A stretch of 63,069 bases of DNA, counting the filler, from Basidiobolus ranarum (Eukaryota), in NCBI GenBank assembly GCA_040143965.1. It is 45 parts of 45 records of this genome, joined end to end, with 100 filler letters (N's around TTAATTAATTAA, not from the genome) between each part and the next. Parts side by side here need not be neighbours in the genome. Positions count along the whole stretch, not along the records: positions 50,579 to 51,878 come from JASJQH010005630.1; positions 51,979 to 53,278 come from JASJQH010005631.1; positions 53,379 to 54,677 come from JASJQH010005632.1; positions 54,778 to 56,076 come from JASJQH010005633.1; positions 56,177 to 57,475 come from JASJQH010005634.1; positions 57,576 to 58,874 come from JASJQH010005635.1; positions 58,975 to 60,273 come from JASJQH010005636.1; positions 60,374 to 61,671 come from JASJQH010005637.1; 37 more parts are not named here. One strand, written 5' to 3'. The notes under the pieces are model-generated. The model saw only the letters and a list, made by a program, of their open reading frames with translations. It was not told the origin of the DNA and ran no database searches. A program made the position numbers and the translations under genes. The stretch's first letter is position 1, and each line of letters opens with the position of its first letter. Below, piece by piece: positions 50,579 to 61,771 of the stretch.

Positions 50579-51769
50579 ATGCTGAATCAGTATAGATACA
50601 TCCTAGACATCCTAAAATGCTACAACTTGGAGAATAGCAAGCCTGTATCAACACCAATGGATTGCAATGTGAAATTAATGAAAATTTCAGCCAATTTGGC
50701 CCAAAATGGCTCAAATCAAAGCCAGGAGTTCCCTTGGCAATCCATCGTGGGTAGTTTAATGTATACAATGGTTGGAACATGTCCAGACATTGCTGTGGCA
50801 ATGGGAACTGTCAGCCAATATCTCAAAATCCAGGATCTGAGCACAAAACTGCAATAAAAATAAATATTCAGGTATTTCAGAGGAACTGTGAATCTAGTTC
50901 TGGAATACTCTGCCACTCCTGATGCACAAACTTTGAAGGCTACAGTGATGCAGACTGATGAAGAAACCTTGCTGATAGAGGATCAACAACTGGGTACACT
51001 TTTCACTATGGTAAAGGAGCCATAACTTGGAATAGTAAGAAGCAACCAACCATGCACTTTCCACTACGGAAGCAGAGTATGTCACTGCCTCTGCTACTAC
51101 TCAAGAAGCTATGTGGTTTAGGAAGTTATTTGCAGACTTAGGATACATGCAAAATGTCCTATTACTCCATTTAAAGATAATCAACGTTGTATTTCATTAG
51201 CTAAAGAAACTACATTTCTAACTAGAACAAATTATATAGATATCAGGCATCATTTTGTTAGATAATCAATAAAGAGTGATATAATTGAACTTGTCTATTG
51301 CCCTACTGAAGAAATGATAGCTGATATCTTAACCAAACCTTTAGCTAAAGCACAATTTGAAATATCAAGTTACAAGTTAGGTTTAAGAGAAATACAAAAT
51401 AATTAGTTGAGTGGGAATGTTGAAATTAGGTGAATAACAACCCATTATTTGGTAGTTGGTTTATTCATATTCTGATTATTTAGCACTCAATTCTGTCATT
51501 CAAAAATGTGTGTTTATTGCTCTATTTGATAGAAATATCAATTAGATCACTTTTACCACTTTTCACTATTTTCACAAAACTTCTCCAAATCACCTCAAAT
51601 TTTCACCCAGGCTTAATAGGCATGTTTGCTATGATCTGAGCACATCTAATAGTCCTATTTCATAGTAAACTATAAATAAGACGTATTAATTTCATTAAAA
51701 CTCAAGTGTTAAATTCACAAATCCAAATCTTGTACAAAACACTTCCAAATCTCCTAAGCACTTTTATCA
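50579..51769 (+). mobile_element. Copia RT/RNase H, PPT and 3' LTR-C (51418-51769)
   Basis: RT and RNase H motifs; PPT GAGTGGGAA; TG...CA termini. Confidence 0.92.
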
Positions 51770-51979
51770 CTACAGGCATGTTTGTTACAATCCAAGCACA
51801 TTCAGTAGGCCCATTACTTAGCAAACCATTATAGAACATATTCAAGTCAACAACACATAAATATATAATTCATAAATCNNNNNNNNNNNNNNNNNNNNNN
51901 NNNNNNNNNNNNNNNNNNNNNNTTAATTAATTAANNNNNNNNNNNNNNNNNNNNNNNNNNNNNNNNNNNNNNNNNNNNC

Positions 51980-52147
51980 GTTACTTCCAGATACCATTCG
52001 CATTACATTGTAACAGAGTACGGCTATGCCTATCTCTTTGGCAAGAATTTGTTGCAAAGAGCCAGAGCGATGATCGATATTGCACATCCTGACCACCGAG
52101 AGGAGCTTCACAAAGCGGCTTTCGAGCGTTTCAAGACTCTAGTTTAA
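51980..52147 (+). CDS. Acetyl-CoA hydrolase/CoA-transferase family C-terminus (4-hydroxybutyrate or acetate:succinate CoA-transferase type)
   Basis: VTSRYHSHYIVTEYGYAYLFGKNLLQRARAMIDIAHPDHREELHKAAFERFKTLV* carries the family VTEYG...GK...QRA...IAHPD-R motif; missed by the ORF track. Confidence 0.88.
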   Translation, partial: VTSRYHSHYIVTEYGYAYLFGKNLLQRARAMIDIAHPDHREELHKAAFERFKTLV

Positions 52148-53378
52148 GCACCGATCTGCATATTAGTATCGCATCATTCACAAATCACCAATCACTTGCA
52201 TCTCCATTCAGTTTTCATCTGCATAAAACAAACACCATTATATATTTAACCCGCGATTTATCGAAGTAGCTAACTTACTCAATATATTTATACCAGAATA
52301 TTGCCAACTATCACGTTGACTCTAAGATTGAAGAATAAATACATTTTTACTTATTTTTGGTGGCAAGCGCTTAAGTTCGTGTAACCTCTTGAACGAGGAA
52401 ACTTCCGGAGGTTGAAGTTAGATCAATTATTGTTGGATCTGCTTTTCTACTAGGCCGAAGATAGTCCAATTTCTGAACAGATACTTAGCCATTTGTAAGG
52501 GAGGTGAGATGTATCGAATTCATTGTGCAAAAGAATGATACTAGACCTTGATGGACAAAAGTCTTTGTTCCGGAACAAAAAGTAACTCTTATTTAGGGTA
52601 ACTAACCCTAACCCTCACCTTGAACTCATGACCGCTGCTTTTACATAGTATAAACAGAAACTCAGATATTCTTAGAACCAAGTAATCACGGTAAAGCGAA
52701 TAGCATGAAATGGACCATAAAGATCTAAAATTATCTAGCCATATCATAATCTACTCGACATTTGTACACGATCTTAGACTTGAGTAACAGTTGGTATACC
52801 TTCATTGAGTTAGTGAGGTATGTACATATCCTTATTTGATGGCTACCAATATTATAATGTACCAGTTGAGTATGTTTGAACTGTGGGAATATCAACTTGC
52901 CAACTAAATGACCTACGCTCCGGGGCACATTTAAAACTTGCATAATTGACATAGGGTTTTCGAAAATAACTGTTAGTTAACCAGTTGTATGAATGTATAA
53001 AAGCATTTTGAAACACATTACACGAATGGAAATAAGCTATATTCCCAAGCTTCGGATGATTCATAATCATAATATTCATTCAGCCACTAATCATCTTGAT
53101 ACCAGTTGTACTTTCCCTCAGGAGACATGGTGAAGTGATACTAACAATGATATAAAGTAGGTCCGAAATCATTGGCATAACCAGCATTCCTGGCATATTA
53201 CAGTTTACTAGAGGAATAATGAGTTTTCTCTCACAACCCACTCTTCGTGCTGCGTCATTGAACAGAGCATTGTTCCAANNNNNNNNNNNNNNNNNNNNNN
53301 NNNNNNNNNNNNNNNNNNNNNNTTAATTAATTAANNNNNNNNNNNNNNNNNNNNNNNNNNNNNNNNNNNNNNNNNNNN

Positions 53379-54677
53379 CAAATGATTGGCCTAAAACATG
53401 TGAATGTCTCAGTTATACATTTGATTGGGTAAGTTACAGTATAAATTGTTTATTGTTACACATTCAGTAATTCGTAAGTTACAAACTAGGGGATGAATTT
53501 ACTTTGTCAGTTACCCAAAATTGTAATTCAGCAATACTAAATCGGGTAACTTGGTATGGGCTGGCACGATATCTCCAAAAAAATCATCATGTCCAATTGT
53601 GGTGGGATAGTGCCATATTGTTCCTTATAGCGTCCAATTCAGTGTTATAGGACCCGGCCATGGTAATTGACAGATCGCGCCAGATGGTGTACTAGCAGGC
53701 TAGATTGAGTGGCACATTCTGACCTGGTTCAATGGAACAAGTCTATAGCCCAAAAATTTGTGACAATATTAGCAGGGCTTCTTTAAATGCTTATATTGCA
53801 GCATTAGAAGGATATTGTAGAAAAAGAACACCTCCCACATAAGCGTGGAATTTTAGGTATAGCCCATCAATATCATCAGCTGGTTATGAGATGGTGTCAC
53901 CAATGAGTCATCTGGGGATGTACAAGATATTTCCATTAATGGATAGCAATTTTAGCTTATTATAAGCTGTTTCTAAGCAACTTCATTACACCAAGTTTAC
54001 CATATGAAAATTTCAATGACATTCAAAAAGCATTCAAAATCTAAGTCAAAATTTGCTTCCAAGCCAAAATCTGCTGGCACAAAAGGAAAAAAACCAGCAA
54101 AACAGAGGACTTAACTGATGAGCAGTCTTGCAATCCACTATCCACTTTGAAAGGGATTAACATGCTGGAAACTAACTCAAGTAATGATGAAGCCTTAATC
54201 AATTTACCAGATGTGTTCCTTTCCAGCAATAGTGCAAGTGAAGAGATTGTAATTCACTAATTACATAATAAATCAAAAGCTGAGCAAAGTTCAACCAAAA
54301 CACTGTCAAGACCATCAACTTCAAAAATGCTACTTTGCCCCCCGTTGAACTACCCTCCATAGAAAATTTGGATAGAATTATTACAACAAGGGAATTGCCC
54401 GCAGAACACTGTAATTATTTGTATGCAATCATAAGTAAAAACAATGAAGTTGCTTTACAGGCCATGACAAGCAATAACATCACAATATTGCAATTCATGC
54501 AGCATTTGGAAGCAACTAGTCAACAGTTGGAGAGGCACTCAACAATGATACAAGACCTTCAGAATGCTGTACTTAAGCTACAGCAACATGCTGCTCCCTC
54601 TGTCCTTTCTCATATGGGATTTCAACCAATCCCACACCATACATATGAACATCACTGTGACAATGTGATTGGCTAGA
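53379..54677. mobile_element. TAGACTTG-ended element (53379-53745) inserted in the CACTA divergent region, followed by ORF1
   Basis: Homology to 24425-24790, and to 285-790 and 61772-62260. Confidence 0.75.
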
Positions 54678-54806
54678 NNNNNNNNNNNNNNNNNNNNNNN
54701 NNNNNNNNNNNNNNNNNNNNNTTAATTAATTAANNNNNNNNNNNNNNNNNNNNNNNNNNNNNNNNNNNNNNNNNNNNCAGAGAGTGCAAGCTTGGGGCTC
54801 ATAGCC

Positions 54807-55154
54807 TGTTAAAGTATTTGGGAGCCTATTGGAAGTGGTTTGGAGAATTAGAGGAATCGGTGGTTTTCACTTATTGCATTTTTGAGTAGAAAGTAGACAT
54901 TTATAGTTTTGGCCAGATGTGAACAAACAAACATGTAAAATGTGATAAGGAAGGTCCCACGAACATCTGTGCAAAGGTTGGGGCTTCTAGCACAAGTTTG
55001 AAAAATCTGTATATTTGAGAACTTCTGAGTTGGTAAAAATATTTTAAGTAAATGCCAATAGAGAATAATTGATAATATCTTAGTGAGTTATAAGATAACT
55101 AAGTACTAAGTTATATAACACTATATAGGTGCTTAGGCAATGCTAATTTCAACA
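54807..55154 (-). repeat. 5' LTR-B with adjacent PBS; followed by a partial LTR-A (about 55168-55397)
   Basis: Reverse complement of 49711-50056. Confidence 0.88.
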
Positions 55155-55399
55155 AATACTTTGACAAATAATGTGAGAATTAGCAATTCCATATTGGAAA
55201 TTTCAATCTCATCCAAATTGCCCCAAAGATAGCTCATTTTACTCCCACAGATATTCTGAACATGACGCCAGTGTTAGTTTTCTGTATTTCCACCCAAATG
55301 TACAAATGCTTTATTTTGGACAATAAATAAATATCTCACAAAGCTATTCACATGTCCACTTTTCTAAAGTTCTTCCAAACAGCCCATATTTTCCCAAGA

Positions 55400-55880
55400 G
55401 AAACTGGCACTACAACTTCTGGTACCAGTTTTGGCAATGAAACTACCTCAGGCTCAGTTGAGGTGACTGCAGGTGAGGAATTTGCAATGTTTTTCTCACT
55501 GTCAGGATCTGGTGAGAGAAAGAAGATTTTTCATCCATTTTTGAAGGTTTGTCTTGATCCTGGATTGTTTTGATTGAAAGTTTTTCTTCTTCAGCAAATT
55601 CCACATCCCTTGACTTGATTAGTCTCTTATTTTCAGTGTCACATAATCTGTACCCTTTTGTTCCATCACAATATCCCAAAAAGAGACATGTCTGGCTTTT
55701 TTGGTCTAATTTTGATCTCTTCTGGTCTGTAATCATTGCATATATGGTACTTCCAAAATGCTGATATTAGCCACATCAGGTTTACTTCTAAACCAATCTT
55801 GATAAGGTGCTATAGCTAATAGAGACCTAGAAGGACATCTCTTCCTAATATGTACTGCAGTTGCAACCAATGCAGCACAG
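55400..55880 (-). mobile_element. Copia integrase C-terminal region
   Basis: RSKLDQKSQTCLFLGYCDGTKGYRL...SRDVEF. Confidence 0.9.
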
Positions 55881-55882
55881 AC

Positions 55883-56022
55883 TGTTGAAATTATTTAGCG
55901 AGAAATATTGGTCTGGCCAGAAATTGAACCTGGGACCTCCCTCACTCTAGCAAGGTGCTCTAACCACTGAGCTACCAGTCCTTGTATGCTATGCCTATAT
56001 TGCTAGGGAACCTTAACCTAGT
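55883..56022 (-). mobile_element. About 140-bp element with a tRNA-like core (55909-55981); best-preserved copy
   Basis: GGACTGGTAGCTCAGTGGTTAGAGC...GGTCCCAGGTTCAATTTCTGGCCAGACCA; anticodon stem imperfect. Confidence 0.72.
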
Positions 56023-56176
56023 CTTTCAATGTATGGTACTTTGGCATTTCAGCTATACAAGCAACTGATTGGCCTTNNNNNNNNNNNNNNNNNNNNNNNN
56101 NNNNNNNNNNNNNNNNNNNNTTAATTAATTAANNNNNNNNNNNNNNNNNNNNNNNNNNNNNNNNNNNNNNNNNNNN

Positions 56177-57475
56177 CATGTCCTCAGGGCGCTCAGGATC
56201 TATCAAACCATCCGGTTGATCCATGAATATATCCTCTTCCAAGTCCCCATTCAAAAAAGCAGTTTTAATATCTATTGGATGATTTTTAAGCTGTGTTTTG
56301 ATGCCACTGCTATTATGATTCTGATGAAATTAAACTCTACTACTGGAGCAAATGTTTCCTTGTAGTACACCCCTTCCATTTGAGAGTATCTTTTAACCAC
56401 AAGTCTGGCTTTATATCTTTTGACAGATGCATCAGCTTGCTGTTTAACTTTGAACACTCATTTGCTACCAATTGATTTTTGGTCATTGGGTAACTTAACC
56501 AAAGTCCAAGTTTGGTTATCTTTGAGTCACTGCTACTCCTCTGCTGTCGCAGCACTCCAAAACTCTGTGTTGGGACTCTCTATAGCCTCCTGTACTGATT
56601 TGGGTTCCTCAGAAAAGGCCAAATTAGCTCTGGGCTCCTTTTTGGCAGTGTGAGAGTTGTAATCAGGCAGAGATTTGATCCAATTGGATCTCCTAAGAAG
56701 GGAAACTGGCACTTAAGCTTTTGGTACCAATTTAGGCAATGATACCACCTCAGACTTGGTTGCGGAGACTGCAGGTGAGAAATTTTCAATTTTTTTCTCA
56801 CTGATCAGGATATGGTGGGAGAAAGAAGAATTATCATCAATTTTGATGGTTTGTCTTGATCCTGGATTATTTTGATTGAAATTTTTTTTTCTTCAACAAA
56901 TTCCACATCCCTTGATGCATTAGCTTCACATACTCCGTGTTATATAGTCTGTATCCTTGTGCTCCATCACAATATCCCAAAAAAGAACATTTCTGGCTTT
57001 TTTACTCTAATTTTGATCTCTGCAGGTCTCAAATCATTGCATTTGCAGTATATCCAAACACTTGGATATTAGCCACATCAGGTTTACTTTGAAACCAAGC
57101 TTGACAAGGTGCCATAGCTAATAGAGACCTTGAAGGACATCTATTTCTAATATATACTGCAGTTGCAACCAATTCAGCTCACAATTGTTTTGATAAATCT
57201 TAATCATGAAGCATTGCTCTTGCCTTTCCCATTGTTCATCTGTTTGCACAATCTGCTACTCTATTCTGCTGTGGTTAATATGGCACTGTAGTCTGCTATC
57301 TTATCCCATGTGTTGTGCCAAAGTTAGAGAAGAGTTTTGAGGTTTATTACCCTCCATTATCAGTACAGATAATCTTGTTCTTTAAACATGTTTCAGTCTC
57401 CACCATTGCTTTGAATTTCTTGAAGGTATCAAACAATTCATCCTTACTGGCTAGCTAGTACACTCAAGTACACTT
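56177..57475 (-). mobile_element. Copia integrase-RT relic
   Basis: TDNGG, RYKARLV and ETFAPV motifs. Confidence 0.9.
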
Positions 57476-57575
57476 NNNNNNNNNNNNNNNNNNNNNNNNN
57501 NNNNNNNNNNNNNNNNNNNTTAATTAATTAANNNNNNNNNNNNNNNNNNNNNNNNNNNNNNNNNNNNNNNNNNNN

Positions 57576-58874
57576 TAATTGAACTTGTTTATTGCCCTAC
57601 TGAAGAAACAATAGCTGATATCTTAACCAAACCTTTAGCTAAAGCACAATTTGAATTATTAAGATAAAAGTCACATTTAAGAGAAATACAAAATAAGTAG
57701 TTGAGTGGGAATGTTGAAATTAGGTAAATAACAACTCAATATTTAGTAGTTGGTTAATTATTATTCTGATTTTTTTGCACTCAATTCTGTCATTTAAAAA
57801 CGTGTGTTTATTGCTCTAAATGAAAGAAATATCAATTAGATCACTTTTACCAATTTTCACTATTTTCTCAAACCTCTCCAAATTACCTCAAATTTTCACC
57901 CATGCTTAACAGACATGTTTGTTATGATCTAAGCATGTCCAATAGTCCTATTTCATACTAAACTATAAATGGGACATTTTCAATTCAATAAAACTTAAGT
58001 GGCTAATTCACACATCCAAATCTTGTCCAAAACACTTCCAAATCACCTAAATTCAGATATGAATTTAATCAATTTTTCAGTTCCAGGAGTGAACTTTCAA
58101 GATCTTGCAAAATAGTTGCACATAATTGGCTACAATCTCAGTGAACTATGGAATAACATATTTGTGAAATACATAACTCAAATTTTAAACTTTTACCACA
58201 TGAATGCTAGTTTGTCTCCTTTAAAATTCCTAATTTCTTTGATATATTCTCCAGAGTAGTTTTATAGAGTTCTTTGTACCCAAGGTTTAGCTCATATGCA
58301 ACACAAGTTTGTATCAATATCTCCATCAAAGCCTGCTATTGTATAAATGTTGCTGGATCAACATTCTTTCAGATATCTGACAGCTACCCTGCAGTATTGT
58401 GCCTCTGTTTATTAAGTTCTTCCCAGATATCTGCATTGTCAACACAAGACTGAATGATGTGTTGAATGTTCTTCTTGTGAAGCCACTTTTGGCATACTTG
58501 CTCTGCATTTTTCCACTCATACTTTTGAAAATACTCCTCAAGCAATTTGACTATGTTTATATGCCTTGTAGTGTGACCCTACTGAGGGTGCTTTACAGTG
58601 TTTATGTGCTTTTTTGCTTGCCTCTAGGTTTGGGACTAATTTCAACACTGTGAAAGGTACAGTTGAGGTTGGAGAGCCATTAGTTTTGTTTGCTGGCATA
58701 TGGGATAGTTGAGAGATGCCTGGTGTTTTATAAAATTCCAATTTGCCACTGTTCCAACTGGTGTACCTGGTTCCATGGTGAAATTAAGCTTTTTTGCCTG
58801 TATATCTGACTCTGCAAATGCAGATCTTTGTAATGGTATGAAGAATTACAAAAACCCATGGGCATATTGAAAAG
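57576..58874. mobile_element. Copia 3' end with LTR-C (about 57712-58050) joined to CACTA ORF1 3' region on minus
   Basis: Homology to 51280-51760 and 59630-60273. Confidence 0.82.
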
Positions 58875-58974
58875 NNNNNNNNNNNNNNNNNNNNNNNNNN
58901 NNNNNNNNNNNNNNNNNNTTAATTAATTAANNNNNNNNNNNNNNNNNNNNNNNNNNNNNNNNNNNNNNNNNNNN

Positions 58975-59524
58975 TGTTAGCCCAGTCTGCATCAGCATAT
59001 CCTTCCAAAATAAGTGACATGTTGTACTGCTTACTAAATTGAATTCCATGATGTATTGTTCCTTTCAGATAGTGTATTATCTGTTTCACAGCTATCCAAT
59101 GTTCCATTGCAGGATTTTCCATATATTTGCTTACTATGCTTACTGCTGTAGCAATATCAGGCCTAGTACCAGTTGTTGCATATATGAGACTTCCAACTGC
59201 ACTACAGTAAGGAATATGTATCATGATTTCAATATCTTCAGAGGTCTTTGGTTCCATATTCTTAGTGAGTTTCAGCATACGTAGTGGATTTGAAGCTGTT
59301 TTACATTCTGACATATTGAATCTGTTTAAAACATCTCCAATATATTTTTCTTGTGTAATACAGAGTGTTCCAATAGTGGAATTTTGATGTATCTGCATTC
59401 CAAGACAATATGCTAGTGATCCAAGATCTTGCATTTCAAACTTGGTAGATAGCCAGGTCTTAGTTTGTTTCATCAGATTTGAGCAATTACTAACTATTAT
59501 GATATCATCAACATAGAGAGCAAT
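58975..59524 (-). mobile_element. Copia RT C-terminal region, cut by CACTA next to the YVDD motif
   Basis: LYVDDII, FEMQDLG, TRPDIA and GYADADWA motifs. Confidence 0.93.
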
Positions 59525-60273
59525 CCCTAACAGAAATTTGAGGATTGTTATTGTAGGAAAACCATCACAATTTTAATCCATTTGGGATTGACCGTTTACT
59601 TACCGTCATAAAATCGTCAAGTTAGATTTGATTTTAATCAATTTTTTCAGTTTCAGGAGTGAAATTTCAAGATCTCGCAAAATAGTTGCGAATGATTGGC
59701 TAAAATCTCAGAAAACTATGGATCAACACATGTGCGAAAAACGTAACTCAAATTTTACACAATTACCACTTGAACGCTAATTTGTCACCTTCGAAATCCC
59801 TAGTCTCTTTGATATATTCTCCTGAATATTTTTATAGAGTTCTTCATACCCAAGGTTTAGCTCATACCCAACACGAGTTTGTGTCAATATCTCCATCAAA
59901 GCCCACCATTGTATTAACGTTGCTGAATCAACATTCTTCCAGCTATCTGGCGGATACCCTGCGATATTGTGCCACTCTGTATTAAGTTCTTCCCAGATAT
60001 CTGCACGGTCAACACCAGACTGAATGTCAAGTTGAATGTTCTTCTTCTGAAGCCACTTTCTGCATACTTGCACTGCGTTTTTCCCTTCATACTTTTGAAA
60101 ATACTCCTCAAGCACTTTGACTATTTTTGTACGTCCTTGTAGTGTGACACTACTGAGGGTGCTTTGCGGTGTTTGTGCGGCTTTTTGCTTGCCTTTACCT
60201 TTGGGACTAATTTCAACACTTTGAAAAGTACCAGTTGAGGTTGGAGAGCCGTGAGTTTTATTTGCTGGTGTTT
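59525..60273 (-). mobile_element. Youngest CACTA left end plus ORF1 C-terminus (59777-60115)
   Basis: CCCTAACAGAAATTTGAGG terminus; CpGs intact; open frame. Confidence 0.88.
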
Positions 60274-60373
60274 NNNNNNNNNNNNNNNNNNNNNNNNNNN
60301 NNNNNNNNNNNNNNNNNTTAATTAATTAANNNNNNNNNNNNNNNNNNNNNNNNNNNNNNNNNNNNNNNNNNNN

Positions 60374-61671
60374 CATAACAGCTATCCACGCAACTGATTG
60401 GCCTTAGACTTTGTGTTCAGATGCAGTCACCATACTCCATATTTTTCTCTTTGGGAATTACTGCTTGTATCACAAGACACCAGACTTTCAACATCTTCCT
60501 GTTATGGTTGCAACCATTGCTTCATATATCTTGAAATATTGAAACACTTCTGCTTTGCTTGACAGAAGATATGAAACTGTGAAGTGTGTGTTATCATTCA
60601 TAAAGATGAGTAAGCATTGCTGCTTACTTGGTGTCAGAGTTTACATTGGGCCACATAACTCTGTATGAATAAGTTCCAATAAATCTTTTGCTTTGCTAGC
60701 TCCTTCTTTTGGAAATGGTTTTCTGGTGATTTTCCCTTAAATACAGCTTTCACATTTAGTAATATCTGAGGGCTTATGATTAATTCCAATACATAGGCTA
60801 TACTTATATAATAGCTTCACACTATTATAGTTTAGATGACCCAAGTGCTGATGCCAAGCTATCAAGTTTCCAGAAGTTAATGTTGCAAAGTTAGATACAG
60901 TCTCAGTTATCAGTGCAATATCTAGGTGATATAGATTCCCAAGTCTTGTTCCAGTTGCTACTATCATGTCCTTTGATTTGTGTATGGTTGCTTTTCCTTG
61001 ACTGAATTTGACATCATAATGTTTCTTTTCAATTGCTCCAATTGAAAACAGATTTGTTGTAAATGATGGAATATATAATACACACATAAGGCACAAGATC
61101 CATTCCAGTACACAGGCTATTTTTATATAATAGTTTTGCATCATTATAGTTTAGATGACCCAAGCAATGATGCCAACTCATCAAGGTTCCAGAAGTAATT
61201 GTTGCAAAGTTAGAAACAGTCTCAGTTATTGGTGCAATGTCCAGGTGATATAGATTCCCAAATCTTGTTCCAGTTACTAATATCAAGCCCTTTGAATTGT
61301 AGATGGTTGCTTTTCCTTGGCTCAATTTGACATCATAATGTTTCTTTTTAATTGCTCCAATTGAAAACAGATTTGTTGTAAATGATGGATTATGTAAGAC
61401 ATCTTCCAAGGTTACCATCACACTTTTGGTTTTACTTATTTGTAAGTTAAGTGTGACCTTTCCCATTCCATATGCAGCCAGTTTGTTTCTTCCAGCTACC
61501 ATGATGTCCAGAGTTTCTATTTCCATATAGTCCTGCATTTTATTTCTACTGTGATACATATGATCACTTGCACCAGAATCTAGAATCCATACATCAGCAG
61601 AGTCATTTCCCAATTTAGAGATTGCCATAAGTACATAGTGTTCATTTACTCTGTTAGTGATGTTATATGAT
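60374..61671 (-). mobile_element. Copia protease, GAG-pre-integrase and integrase with a 320-bp internal tandem duplication
   Basis: WILDSGASDHM; two copies of PSFTTNLFSIGAI...HLGHLNYN. Confidence 0.9.
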
Positions 61672-61771
61672 NNNNNNNNNNNNNNNNNNNNNNNNNNNNN
61701 NNNNNNNNNNNNNNNTTAATTAATTAANNNNNNNNNNNNNNNNNNNNNNNNNNNNNNNNNNNNNNNNNNNN

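Noticed and set aside
53090-53278. Possible minus-strand terminal exons of a host gene
   Set aside because: Several incompatible splice solutions; no supportable protein call
55909-55981. Functional tRNA gene
   Set aside because: Mismatched acceptor and anticodon stems, differing anticodon loops among copies, and repeated flanks; treated as an element-borne tRNA derivative
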